DNA from: Acidobacteriota bacterium
Lineage (GTDB): Bacteria; Acidobacteriota; UBA6911; RPQK01; JAJDTT01
DNA length: 64,000 nucleotides
Direction of reading: 5' to 3'
NCBI GenBank assembly: GCA_965217775.1
Contig: CBDCJH010000002.1
Coordinates: 4,352,001 to 4,416,000, forward strand
Shown: piece by piece, positions 39,294-49,294 of the stretch
How positions within the stretch are numbered: position 1 is the first letter of the stretch
Layout of the letters: every line of letters starts with the position of its first letter
Made by a program: the position numbers and the translations under genes
Notes under the pieces: model-generated
What the model was told of the DNA's origin: nothing
The model's database searches: none
What the model saw: the letters and a program-made list of their open reading frames with translations, nothing else

Positions 39294-39354
39294 ACGACAA
39301 CCATTTTCCGGCGCAAACGGTGATCCAGAAGGGGGACTGTCCCCTTCTTTTCCC

Positions 39355-39618
39355 TTTGACGCCTGGGCGGACACTACGACGCCTTCTATCCGCATCTACA
39401 AGGGACACGCACAGGAGGCTGAAGAGCATGATGCCGAACTCCACACCTCCGGCATCCTCAAAATCTACATTCAGGACTTCCTGAGGTAACTCATGACGTC
39501 ACGGACGGAGGGAGCGGATTTGCAGGAGCGCATGGCCGCCCTGAACTGGATTGGCCAGCTCTTCTTTGGCAAGCTCTGGGACATCTACGCCAAGCATTTC
39601 ATCGAGTACGGACCCTGA
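39355..39618 (+). pseudogene. C-terminal remnant resembling cholesterol-oxidase-associated domain
   Basis: DAWADTTT...GILKI...DFLR*LMT...LFFGKLWDIY with internal TAA; begins right after the motif at 39333. Confidence 0.5.
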
Positions 39619-39629
39619 GGAGGAGTGGA

Positions 39630-40994
39630 ATGAAAATCATTCTGGTTCCGCACACTCCATACAAGTATCGGGCTTCGGTTTGGGCAGCAGCGGTCGGAAC
39701 CGACAGCCCTCCGCAGGGCCTCATCATCACCCTGCAGCCTGAAGGCAGGTCTATTGCCGTCTCAGACAGGTCCTGGCGAAAGCTATCGTACTCGGAGGCA
39801 AGTGGGCACAACGTCTTCGTGCAGGTTATCACCGTGCGGGATTTGGAGCCGGGAAGGAGATATGAGCTGACATCGCACGGAGGAAGCAGAGCCAGGATTT
39901 CCACTCTGCCTTCCTCACTGCCCGAGGAAGGAGGGAGGCCTTTCACAGTTCTTCTGGGATCCTGCTTTCACCAGGGAACCGACCAAGAGGGACAATACGG
40001 AAGGGCCGTCAAGTTGCTCCCAGAGGAACAGAAGCCGGACCTGAAGATTCTGTCTGGAGACCAGGTCTATCTCGATATCCCGATCTTTACAGTGAAAAGG
40101 GCGAAAGAGAAGCTTCTGGCAAAGGACTTCATGGAGAAGTATTTGAGAAGCTGGACGCAGAGGGGGAGTCTCGGCGAAGGCTTTCTGAGCGTCCTCGAAA
40201 CCGGAGGCACCTTTTTTACTGCCGATGATCACGAATTCTGGAACAACTACCCAAACTGGACAACCCTCATCCCTCTCTCTTGGACCAAGTCAGGACGCAG
40301 AACGTGGCAGAGGGTGTCCAGGACCCTCTATGGGGACTTTCAGTCAGATGACCCGGCGCAGACAGGCCGATGCCGGCGCTTTGATGTTGGCGAGCTTTCG
40401 TTTTTTGTTGCGGACACACGTTATTTTCGGGAAGAAGGCAATCAGCGTTTCATGAAGGATTGTGACATGTATCAGCTTGGAGTCTGGGTGAGAGGGCTGG
40501 AGGGACCGGGTATTCTGGTCGTGGGTCAGCCCATCTTTGACGGGCCCTCAGGCTGGTTCAGCTCAAGGTTTGAAGACCGCTCTCTTGCGGACTACGAACA
40601 GTACAAGGAACTGGTGAAGATCCTCCATGAGAGTACCCACTCGATAGTTCTGCTGACTGGCGACGTGCACTATGGCCGGATGGTATCCGTCTCCCTTAAC
40701 ATCAGGCCGGAGCCGATCAAGATCATCGAAGTCATCTCCTCGCCTACGTCTCTGGTTAATCCCTTTGTCGGCGGAAGCGCAAAGGACCCGCCCGAAAAGT
40801 TCCCACCCGTAGCGATTCCAGGAATTGTTCCCTCGGCTCCCACAAATCACTACATGACAGCAGAGGATAATTTTGCCACCCTTCATTTCAACAAACGGGG
40901 AGGAAAGGTCCGGATGAGGATTCGGTACTGGTTTCCGAAGCAGGCGTCAGCGAGTGTTCTGGCAGGACACTGTCTACCACCCTTGGATCTCTGA
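39630..40994 (+). CDS. PhoD-like metallophosphatase, no signal peptide
   Basis: GSC, GDQVYLD, DDHEFWNN, DTR, LTGDVHY. Confidence 0.85.
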   Translation: MKIILVPHTPYKYRASVWAAAVGTDSPPQGLIITLQPEGRSIAVSDRSWRKLSYSEASGHNVFVQVITVRDLEPGRRYELTSHGGSRARISTLPSSLPEEGGRPFTVLLGSCFHQGTDQEGQYGRAVKLLPEEQKPDLKILSGDQVYLDIPIFTVKRAKEKLLAKDFMEKYLRSWTQRGSLGEGFLSVLETGGTFFTADDHEFWNNYPNWTTLIPLSWTKSGRRTWQRVSRTLYGDFQSDDPAQTGRCRRFDVGELSFFVADTRYFREEGNQRFMKDCDMYQLGVWVRGLEGPGILVVGQPIFDGPSGWFSSRFEDRSLADYEQYKELVKILHESTHSIVLLTGDVHYGRMVSVSLNIRPEPIKIIEVISSPTSLVNPFVGGSAKDPPEKFPPVAIPGIVPSAPTNHYMTAEDNFATLHFNKRGGKVRMRIRYWFPKQASASVLAGHCLPPLDL

Positions 40995-41003
40995 GGAAGA
41001 ACT

Positions 41004-41762
41004 ATGATCTCATCACGACAGTCTGTTGCGGCCGAGCCAAATCCCGGTCTAAAGCCGGAGTCGCGGGAGCAGGCAGAATCGAATGCGGGATGGCTCGAAC
41101 GTGTACTTGGAGACAAGAAACCCGAGGGATGGATTTGTCTTTTCGGCGGCGCCAATCTGACGGATTTCAGGTTGCGGGTGGCTCAGTCGCATGTACGAAA
41201 TGACCTGCTGCCGAGCTTCTGGTCTCATGTCGCCATTGTCGAGAGCGCGAAATCGGATTCTCCGATGGAGTGGAAGCTTGACGAGGTGAGACTGGACCCC
41301 TTGGAGGGATTTGGAAACGTTGCTGCAAACAACGGCGTGCAGCAGAGTAGCTTCAGGCGCTACGCCGATCCCGGCCTTTTCCCCAACATCGGGATCGTTA
41401 ACTTTCACGTTGATGCTGAACTCATCAAGGAATCCAAGGACAAGTTCAGAAGTCAGCGCAACCTTATCGATGTTCCGGGGCTGATGGTTGATTGGCTAGC
41501 TTATGCCTGGGGCGTGGCGGACCGCGGCAATCCTCTCCTCGAGGCAGTCGGAATACCTAGTGCGTCGTTTGTCGAGGGCGTCTTTGCAATTGCCGGGTTG
41601 GATCTCACCCCAGGCCTGTCCGCCAGGTCAAGTTGCCCGGAGGCAATCTGGCAGGCGGCAAAGTGGTGGCACCGGTTTTACTCCTCTGAGGCGGGCCTCA
41701 CAAAGAGGGCGCCGGAAGGCTGTTACGCCATAGGCCAGGAAGCCGCAGCAGTCCTCATGTAA
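41004..41762 (+). CDS. Hypothetical protein, possible permuted papain-like (NlpC/P60, C92) enzyme
   Basis: WSHVAIV followed later by SCPEAI (His before Cys). Confidence 0.5.
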   Translation: MISSRQSVAAEPNPGLKPESREQAESNAGWLERVLGDKKPEGWICLFGGANLTDFRLRVAQSHVRNDLLPSFWSHVAIVESAKSDSPMEWKLDEVRLDPLEGFGNVAANNGVQQSSFRRYADPGLFPNIGIVNFHVDAELIKESKDKFRSQRNLIDVPGLMVDWLAYAWGVADRGNPLLEAVGIPSASFVEGVFAIAGLDLTPGLSARSSCPEAIWQAAKWWHRFYSSEAGLTKRAPEGCYAIGQEAAAVLM

Positions 41763-42006
41763 CCAAAGCGAGAGATTCTACAGCCAAGAGCATCGTGAAA
41801 CAGGTCTATTTATCTGATTTGAACGCGCACGCACGAAGTTGACTGTCCCCTTTTCGCACCCACAGTCGCTGTGAATTACGTGGCCGCCCGGAGTCGGGAC
41901 ACCATGCTGGGAGAGCTTCCTCGGATCGAAGAAGAGCGATCGAGAAGGTGACTGTCCCCTACTCTTCCCGCAGGAAGGACAAGTACAAAGACGTGGAGAT
42001 ATAACC

Positions 42007-42618
42007 ATGATAGTCGTTACAAGAGAGACCATCGCCGGAAAACGCATCCGAAAGACGTTGGGGCTCGTGCGCGGCAACACCGTGCGCGCCCGTCACGTGG
42101 GCAAGGACATCCTGGCGTTATTGAGGAATCTGGTGGGCGGTGAGGTTCATGAGTACGGGAAGCTACTGCCCGAAAGCCGAGAGCAGGCCCTCGATCGCAT
42201 GGTCAGCGAGGCTGACGCGCTCGGGGCCAACGCCGTCGTGGCCACGCGCTTCACGACCTCAATGATGATGGGCGGCGCCGCCGAACTACTGGCGGTGGGT
42301 ACCGCTGTGGTGATCGAAAACGAAGATTGGAGGGAAGCAGAGCGACCCGCGCGCCGTTTGCTTCGCTCGATGACGGCGCCCACAATCGCAACTGAAAACG
42401 TAAACGTGACTGTCCCCTTTTCGCGGTCTCCTTGTATTGGCGAACGGTTTGCCTCGACGGAGATGGCGCTCACGGTCGCGCCGATGATGCAGCAGCTTTC
42501 GGTGGAACTGACACCAGGTCAGGGCAAACCGAAGTTGCGGGTTTTGGTGTCGCTGCGCCCAAAAGACGGGCTGCACGTCGTCTGGAAGAGTAGGGCAGCG
42601 TGCTTCGCACCGTCCTAG
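42007..42618 (+). CDS. YbjQ/UPF0145 protein reading through the junction motif into a P450 fragment
   Basis: GLVRGNTVR...GGEV..Y...AREQ-like, LGANAVV, GTAV in the first ~107 aa. Confidence 0.8.
   Translation: MIVVTRETIAGKRIRKTLGLVRGNTVRARHVGKDILALLRNLVGGEVHEYGKLLPESREQALDRMVSEADALGANAVVATRFTTSMMMGGAAELLAVGTAVVIENEDWREAERPARRLLRSMTAPTIATENVNVTVPFSRSPCIGERFASTEMALTVAPMMQQLSVELTPGQGKPKLRVLVSLRPKDGLHVVWKSRAACFAPS
42422..42618 (+). pseudogene. Cytochrome P450 C-terminal fragment
   Basis: CIGERFASTEM (heme-Cys motif) and SLRPKDGL, starting immediately after the motif at 42406. Confidence 0.7.
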
Positions 42619-42753
42619 ATTTTCTCGACCGAGGGACAATATGGAAAAAAAGGAATCCCGCCATTGGGACCGCGGAACAACTGGATTACGCGTGTGTTCT
42701 AACCTTCAGAGAGTGGATTACGCGTATTCTGTACTTTCTCCAGGAAAGCAATA

Positions 42754-43212
42754 ATGAAAACCCGCGTGCCATTTGATGAAGACTATGTGAGGTTGGTCGG
42801 AACAGCCGTATATCTCTTTGCGTATTATGAGTGGGCGATCATATACATCGTGGATCGATTGGAACCGGGATTTGTAAACGAGTATTGCCGCAACAAACCT
42901 ATGATGTCGGGGCAAGTTTGTCAGCGGCTGAAGAAGGCAGTGGCAAGTTACAGAGGAAATCAAGGTGTAACAAAGGCGGACATTGAATGCTGCTCCGACG
43001 AGTTCGCTAACCTAATCCAAAAACGCAATGCACTCATTCACGCACATCCGATTACTGATGTCGACGGAGCGCAGATTTTGAACTATCAGAGTATGCCGAC
43101 ACGACCGATCGCTGACATGAAATGGGATGCAGTTGATATTGAGAATTTCGTCGAAGAAGTCGATTCCGCTGCCTGTCGGGCCAATGAACTTCTACATAGT
43201 ATCGTCCCGTAG
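42754..43212 (+). CDS. Low-GC hypothetical protein, HEPN-like
   Basis: RNALIH (Rx4H) in a helical protein. Confidence 0.55.
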   Translation: MKTRVPFDEDYVRLVGTAVYLFAYYEWAIIYIVDRLEPGFVNEYCRNKPMMSGQVCQRLKKAVASYRGNQGVTKADIECCSDEFANLIQKRNALIHAHPITDVDGAQILNYQSMPTRPIADMKWDAVDIENFVEEVDSAACRANELLHSIVP

Positions 43213-43313
43213 ATAGGCCGCCAAGCAGCAAAAAGGAGATCTACATAATCAGGGCGGCGATTAGCCAAGGCAGGGAGTAAAGAAGGTAACTGTCCCCTTC
43301 TCTTCCGCACGCC

Positions 43314-44233
43314 AGGCAATCAGCTCGTGCACGACGTTGCCGTAAATGTCGGTCAGGCGGAAGTCGCGGCTATTGTGGCGGAAGGTGAGCCGCGTGTGAT
43401 CCAGGCCCAGGAGGTGGAGGATGGTGACGTGGAGATCGTGACGCGAGACGCGGTCCTTGATGGCGTGCATGCCGAGTTCGTCGGTCGCGCCGCGCGTGAT
43501 CCCCGGCTTGACGCCGCCGCCCGCCATCCACATTGAGAAACCGTAGTGGTGATGGCCGCGACCGAGGGATTCCTCCTTGCGCGCCTCCTCAAACGGCGTG
43601 CGACCGAACTCAGTGGCCCAGACGACGAGGGTCTCGTCCAGCAGACCGCGTGACTTCAGGTCCATGATGAGGGCCGTGATGCCCTGATCGGTGCGCGCCG
43701 CATTCGTGCGGTGGTTCTTGATGAGCCCGCTGCGGTTGCCGTGGGCGTCCCATTGCCGCCCGTGGGCGCCGTCGAGAATCTCCACGAAACGGACGCCGCT
43801 CTCCACCAGCCGTCTCGCCAGCAGGCACTTTCTCCCGAAGTCGGTGTCGCCGTAAAGCGCCTTCACCGAGTCCGGCTCGTTGCGGATATCGAAGAACTCC
43901 GGCGCTTCCATCTGCATTCAAAACGCCGTCTCGAATGCAGCGAAGCGCGCGTCGAACTCGGGCTGTGTACGATGCATGTCGCGATGGAGGCGATTCAACT
44001 TTCGCACCAGATCCAACTGCCGGCGACGCTGCTCTGGGCTCAGAAACGCCGGTGCCTTGATATGCGGCACCGGTGGATTCCCGGGCTTGACGTCCGCCAG
44101 CGTGGCCTGATGGTAACCAGGGAGGAATCCGGCATCATGAAGCGCGTGCCCGCCGTCCGGCCGTCCGACCGTCCATCATCACCACGAATCCCGGCATGTT
44201 CCGGTTCTCCGTCCCCAGCCCGTAGTCACCCAC
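43314..44233 (-). pseudogene. DUF1501 3' fragment, frameshifted, bounded by inverted junction motifs
   Basis: Close paralog of 51810-53282 and 55295-56776; 5' part missing; normal stop lost. Confidence 0.88.
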
Positions 44234-44271
44234 GAGAAGGGGACAGTCACGTTCTCGCACAGGAATTGTCT

Positions 44272-44991
44272 CTACCGGGCTGAATGGATCCCACTTCCGG
44301 TTCCTTGACGATAGGTCCGCGCAAAATTGTGGTCCGAGAGCCATTTCCGAAATGAAGAATTGTCGCTGTACTGCTTGAAGAGCTCGGTGTGGTCGGAAAG
44401 CAGGTCGATCACGGCTCGTTCGAGAGCCTTGTCGTGCTCGATCCGGGCATTCTGCCTGTCAGAGTTCTTCATCGCGTTCTGATAAGCCTTGTCGTCGGCG
44501 ACCTTTTTCGGCAACTCCTCGGCGATGACCTTGCCGATCTTGTCCTCGTCCTTCCACTCGATGTCACCGAACAGATCGTTGAAGATCTTAAGGATGGAGC
44601 TTAGGTAGTCGACCTCCGGCTCCGGTTTTCCTCCGCCGCCGTTTGTGGGCACGGGTCCGATCTCACCGTCCTCGTCGGGCACGACGATCGACCGTTTTGC
44701 CCGCACTTCGGCTCGATAACTGTCCATGTCGATGTTCTCGAGAATCCCCTTGGACAGATCTTGTTCCTCCGGCGCCGGCAGCTTGGGGGTCAAGAAGGTC
44801 AGAAAGATGGACAGCCGCTCCCACTCCGCATTCGTGTACGGCAGGATCAGGGAGAGGAACCCATAAGCCCGTGTGAACGCCTTCGCCTTGCCCTTGAAAT
44901 CTACTTGGCCGTCCTCGTCGAGGTCGGATCTGTAATTCACGACACATCTATCCAGGATCGGATCGAGCTTGTTTCGGTCTGCTCCCGTCAC
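44272..44991 (-). pseudogene. hsdR: Type I restriction enzyme R subunit C-terminal remnant
   Basis: DFKGKAKAF.R.Y.FL..ILPY, IDMDSYR, LSSILKIFNDLFG, ELFKQY; cut by IS1380. Confidence 0.8.
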
Positions 44992-44997
44992 GTAAAG

Positions 44998-46981
44998 CCC
45001 AGATTATTCATGGGACATGTTGATAAGGGCTTCCGACCCGGCGTTTTCGTGCGGTCGGAGCCCGGTTTCTCTTGAAGCTCTGTCGATTCGACTGAATCGG
45101 CTCGAAAACAGGACGATTGAACCAGTCATAAACCGTTTACCGGCCAGAGGGACCGTCACCCGCCGACAGGTTGACTTTCCGGTGAGAAATTCCCACCGTT
45201 TCGGTCCCTTCCACGGGCCCGATTCCTCCTCCGTCCCCTATCCCGGCGCCCAGGACACCCGCGCCAGTCTCTGCCACAACCGCTTCCAGTCCGTCGCCCC
45301 TTGACTGATGACGAAAATCAATCGCCTCCACTGACGCAGCGCCCGAGATGCCACTCGCAACACCCGCTCGCGAAAACGACGCAGACTCCAGCCCCGACGC
45401 GTCGCCTGCTCCATCAGCACCCGACCCAGGTGCAGGATCTCGTACCCCAGCAGATTCAGCAGGAACAAGACTTCGTTGTGGGGGCGAACCCCGGCCTCCG
45501 TCGTCGCTTCCGGCTTGGCTCCCGGCTTCAGCGGTTTGTCCCGATAGTGCGTCTTGGGCCGGCTCGCGGAGGACAAGGCCGGATCGAGCACGTCCATCAA
45601 CTCCCCCATGTGGCCTTCCGCCTTCCCCCGTTTGCGGTACTGCGCCAGCAACTCCCGAGCCTCGTATCGTTTCCGGCTCAGGCTCGTCAGCAACCAGAAA
45701 TGATCCGGATACAACTCCCCCGGTCGCTCCCGCACCACCAGCACCACCCGGCGCGCCCGATCCCAGCTCTCCGCCTGGTAGGTCAACTCATGGAACCAGA
45801 GCCTCGGCGGTGCATCCGGGGATCGCCCCGCCGGTTGAGTCAAGTCGGGCTTCGCCATCCGGTTCAGGACCTCATTCTTGCGGATTCGAGCGATATAGGG
45901 CACGCCTCTCGACTCCAGCCCCTGCAGCAGCCCCGGCTCCGGGAACCCCGCATCCATCCGCACGATCATCGAGCCGCACAGACGCCCCCGACAGTGGTCC
46001 ACCACCCGGAGCGTCAACTTCAGCGCCTTTTTCCCCAGGTAGCTGGCTCCCGGAAAAATCTCCCCGTCGATCAGGTCCCCCGTTTCGGCACAACTTGCCA
46101 CCAACCCGTGGTACATCCGCTGGCGATAGTATCCGTTCCATTCGCTTCCCGGGGGGTGTCCATGGACCTCCACCGGGAGACCGTCCACGTCCAGGACCAT
46201 CGTCTTTTTCCGTGAGGTCTTTTTCCCCCGTTTTCGCCGCCGGCCTTCGATCATCTCGATCCGACGGCACGCCAGCTCCGTCACCGCCTGGTGCAGGACC
46301 GGCAGGTTCTCCTCCCGGCTGAGCGTGTCCAGCAGTCGGGAAAAGGTCGGCTGTGACGCCAGCCCGTGGCCCTCCTCCAAGGCCGCCGTGCCCCGACGGG
46401 TCTGGCTCGCCACCCGCAAGCTCGGATCCTGACGCAGGCGGTCGGCGTCGGACTGGTCGCGCCAGCCCTGCCCCAACAGCAGGAGTCGAGTCCGCAGCAG
46501 ATCCGCCAGCGGATAGCGGATCGAACTCGGGTGTCGCGGATCGTGCAACCGCTCGGTCAACCAATCGATGAGGCCGCTGCGATCCATCATCTCCCGCTGC
46601 ACCAGGGCTCCCGTATCCGCACTGAGCAACTCGGGGCGGGTCTCGAGGCGGAGGGATCGGTTGAATGAGGGCCGGATCTGCGGTATCGTTTCAGGCATGG
46701 CGTGCTCCGTTTATTGTGGTTGTTTATTAGCACCATAATCATACCACAAATGACGGGCACGCCACCTCTTTCTGCCGCCCTTGGAAGGGACGCAAGCCGT
46801 GGAAATGCTTGGGTTTCGGCCCCACTTGAATCCTGGGGTTAAACCGACGTTGAAAACAAATATAGCGTTTCACCCAGGTCGGGTCCCAGCCGCTTTCTGT
46901 GGGTATCCGGTAACCCTCTGATCCGACTCGACCTGACGGGCACGCTTGCTCATTTTATGTTTGCGTGGTGAATAATCTGGG
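44998..46981 (-). mobile_element. IS1380-family insertion sequence
   Basis: Perfect inverted repeats CCCAGATTATTCA / TGAATAATCTGGG (extendable to 15 bp); no target duplication seen. Confidence 0.88.
45238..46698 (-). CDS. IS1380 transposase (DDE_Tnp_1_4)
   Basis: LSADTG, DPR, LASQPTFSR, LDVD, RMDAGF, YRKRGKAE. Confidence 0.92.
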   Translation of the reverse strand: MPETIPQIRPSFNRSLRLETRPELLSADTGALVQREMMDRSGLIDWLTERLHDPRHPSSIRYPLADLLRTRLLLLGQGWRDQSDADRLRQDPSLRVASQTRRGTAALEEGHGLASQPTFSRLLDTLSREENLPVLHQAVTELACRRIEMIEGRRRKRGKKTSRKKTMVLDVDGLPVEVHGHPPGSEWNGYYRQRMYHGLVASCAETGDLIDGEIFPGASYLGKKALKLTLRVVDHCRGRLCGSMIVRMDAGFPEPGLLQGLESRGVPYIARIRKNEVLNRMAKPDLTQPAGRSPDAPPRLWFHELTYQAESWDRARRVVLVVRERPGELYPDHFWLLTSLSRKRYEARELLAQYRKRGKAEGHMGELMDVLDPALSSASRPKTHYRDKPLKPGAKPEATTEAGVRPHNEVLFLLNLLGYEILHLGRVLMEQATRRGWSLRRFRERVLRVASRALRQWRRLIFVISQGATDWKRLWQRLARVSWAPG

Positions 46982-46984
46982 CTC

Positions 46985-47055
46985 AGGAAATCAGCCGTGT
47001 ATGACATTTCCGTGGACATCGGACAGGCGGAATTCGCGGCTTTGGTGGCGGAAGG
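46985..47055 (-). pseudogene. Tiny DUF1501 3' tail
   Basis: FRHQSREFRLSDVHGNVIH matches FRHNSRDFRLTDVYGNVVH of the full copies. Confidence 0.7.
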
Positions 47056-47195
47056 GAGCAAAAAAGCGTGACTGTCCTCTTCTCCCGCTCAGACAGTTCC
47101 GCTGGCGATGATGGGAGCCCACGTCTTGTGCACAGATTGGGTGGCAACCAAAACGGATCATTTCCACGGGTATCGATCAACGGATGCAACCACGG

Positions 47196-47645
47196 CTATT
47201 GACGACGCAAGATCCAGTGCCAGGTTCGAGTGAGATAGCGGCGCATCGACGTCACAATTGGGAGCCATTTCGCCGCAAAGTTTCCCGTCTCGGCGTCGGT
47301 ATTGGTGCTGAAGTACTGTTCGCGTTCCCACTCGCGTGCTCTTCTGGTCTTCAGGATCTCGTGCCTGGACAACTTTCTGGCCCATTGGATTTTGTTGTTG
47401 ATGATCCAGTAGTGAGATTGGCAGTTCTCACTCCAATTCCCAATGGACGGTGACAAGCTGACCGAAACGCCGTCGCATGTAAGCGTCCAACCTGTGGGAT
47501 GTAACGGGGTGTTGATCCCATTTCCGCAGCCACACGCACACAGGTGCTTGACGGCACGGTATCGACAACAGACATAAAGCTTGCCGGAGTCTAACGCTCG
47601 CGGGATCTCGTCTACAAATTCCGGTGTGACTTGTCGTATCTTCAC
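47196..47645 (-). CDS. DUF6527 Cys/His-rich protein
   Basis: HLCACGCG...PL.PTGW...SLSPSIGNW...CQSHYWI; GTGA-coupled to the E1 gene. Confidence 0.85.
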   Translation of the reverse strand: MKIRQVTPEFVDEIPRALDSGKLYVCCRYRAVKHLCACGCGNGINTPLHPTGWTLTCDGVSVSLSPSIGNWSENCQSHYWIINNKIQWARKLSRHEILKTRRAREWEREQYFSTNTDAETGNFAAKWLPIVTSMRRYLTRTWHWILRRQ

Positions 47646-48835
47646 GAGGGTTGGCCCAAGCAGTAGGAGTTGATGAGCCTGTTGCCATCAATGACGTACT
47701 CGCTGTTGAACTCCCGTGTCAGGTCGTTGTAGAAGCCCCTCGCTTTCTTCCACTTGATAACAGCGAGCGCGGCGTTCAGAGCATTCAGCTCGGCAAGCTG
47801 GGCGTTCCGCTCGTACTCGCCAGGCACGTCGTCCCCAGCAAAGTCGATGCAGGTATCGGCGTGCTTGTAGTTTTCCGAGCAGCACGTAGTCGTCCGGATG
47901 ACGCCTGCGATCGAATCGTTTATGCGATAAAGCCCCATACCTACGTCGATGAGCAAGGTGTTGTGGGCCATGCAGATTTCAAGGATCTGAGCCTTGATGG
48001 GATGTCCATCCATACAAAGAAACACCGTGTCAAATACGCCTAATTGCTGGACGTTGGTCTCGTCGATGCATGTGTTGTGCGCGATGAGCGCCTTGCGCAT
48101 GCGCGAGTATCTTTCGGCATGAAATGCCGACTTGATCGGTCCTCCGTCGAGTTCGTCGCGGGAGAAGGGGCCGGGCGACCGAAATGCGTTATGTTGGAGA
48201 AATCGGTCATCGTCGAAAAGATGGATTTCCCGTGCCCATGTCTTTGCGACGAGGTCGAGAACATAGGAGCCGGTACCGCCGACACCGACGATGGCAATTT
48301 GCTCGTTCTGGAGCTTTCGGGCGAGATCGGTGGTGTTCTGTCGAGCGGATGCAGTGTCCGCAAAATGAAAAACGCTGTCGTCGTCTTGGTCGGCCAAGAC
48401 TCTCCACTGTTGGGCTGTCGAATCCAGGGCGATGCAACGAGCCTCACGGCTAAGTATCTCCACATAAGTGATCACCTTGTGGTGATAGTCCCTGTACCCG
48501 CCGTGAGGTTTAGCCGAGAGCTGGTAAGTGGGCGAAATCAATTCAGAGAGGGAACTCTTTTTTGCATTTTCGTGGATCAATGCCAAGAGCTTGTTTCCGG
48601 TGGCTTCGTAAGGAAACTCGCCGGTCCAGTGGGCGACGTGGGTGTTTGGTTGGACCGTGCGGTCTCCACTCAAGGTCAGTTCCATAACTAACGTGGCCTG
48701 TCGGACTTCGCCTTGAGCCGTTACATACGGAACGTTCTCGATAACGAGATACCCGGCGTCAACGATGCGAAGCGTGTACCCCTCTTCCTCGAGCCTTCGA
48801 AGATCCGCATTACGAGCGATCAGTGCGTGTGACAT
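47642..48835 (-). CDS. E2-like (DUF6791-type) + ThiF/E1 adenylation fusion
   Basis: N-terminal DLRRLEEEGY...ENVPYV; ThiF motifs IAIVGVGGTGS, HLFDDD, HNAFR. Confidence 0.88.
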   Translation of the reverse strand: MSHALIARNADLRRLEEEGYTLRIVDAGYLVIENVPYVTAQGEVRQATLVMELTLSGDRTVQPNTHVAHWTGEFPYEATGNKLLALIHENAKKSSLSELISPTYQLSAKPHGGYRDYHHKVITYVEILSREARCIALDSTAQQWRVLADQDDDSVFHFADTASARQNTTDLARKLQNEQIAIVGVGGTGSYVLDLVAKTWAREIHLFDDDRFLQHNAFRSPGPFSRDELDGGPIKSAFHAERYSRMRKALIAHNTCIDETNVQQLGVFDTVFLCMDGHPIKAQILEICMAHNTLLIDVGMGLYRINDSIAGVIRTTTCCSENYKHADTCIDFAGDDVPGEYERNAQLAELNALNAALAVIKWKKARGFYNDLTREFNSEYVIDGNRLINSYCLGQPS

Positions 48836-49067
48836 TGAACACGGTCCCGTCTTTGACTTTTGCTTCTTGGCCTTCGGTCAGCTTGCCTTCCGGAGGCCGA
48901 CCGGCACTGTCGTAAAAGTCCACCGTATAAGTAATAAGTGGACCTCGACCGCCATCGGGATAAGCGATATCGACGACTTGATCGAAAGAGACCTCGTCGT
49001 TGGGGACGGAATAGTATGTGCCGTTGACGATGATGTTGAAGTCTTTGTCGGTGCCAGGTCTGGTCAT
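48810..49067 (-). CDS. Ubiquitin-like (multi-ubiquitin family) beta-grasp protein
   Basis: FNIIVNG...VSFDQVVDIAY...YTV...GKL..GQ..KVKDGTVFNV; ends TDRS; GGAGG RBS. Confidence 0.85.
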   Translation of the reverse strand: MTRPGTDKDFNIIVNGTYYSVPNDEVSFDQVVDIAYPDGGRGPLITYTVDFYDSAGRPPEGKLTEGQEAKVKDGTVFNVTRTDRS

Positions 49068-49178
49068 TGGAAATCCTCCTTAGAATCGTCTTCTCAAAAC
49101 CCCCGATCCATTGTTCGGATGATGTTTCCTCGGATCAATTTTGATGCGTAAACCCCCAAGGTTCCCGCTCATGTATCC

Positions 49179-49206
49179 ATTATACAGCTAAAAAATAGCT
49201 AGTCAA
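49179..49206 (-). promoter_or_regulatory. Sigma70 promoter for Ubl operon with palindrome AGCTA-N5-TAGCT
   Basis: Minus-strand TTGACT (49201-49206), 16 bp, TATAAT (49179-49184); palindrome 49186-49200 in spacer. Confidence 0.7.
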
Positions 49207-49231
49207 GAGCTATAGAAAATATTTTTTCTGT

Positions 49232-49260
49232 TTGACAGGAAGCCACAAATACCTTATAAT
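49232..49260 (+). promoter_or_regulatory. Consensus sigma70 promoter for RHH-GNAT-HTH-peptidase operon
   Basis: TTGACA-17 bp-TATAAT. Confidence 0.85.
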
Positions 49261-49294
49261 CTGTACAATGTCGAGGCGATCTATGGGGGAGGGA

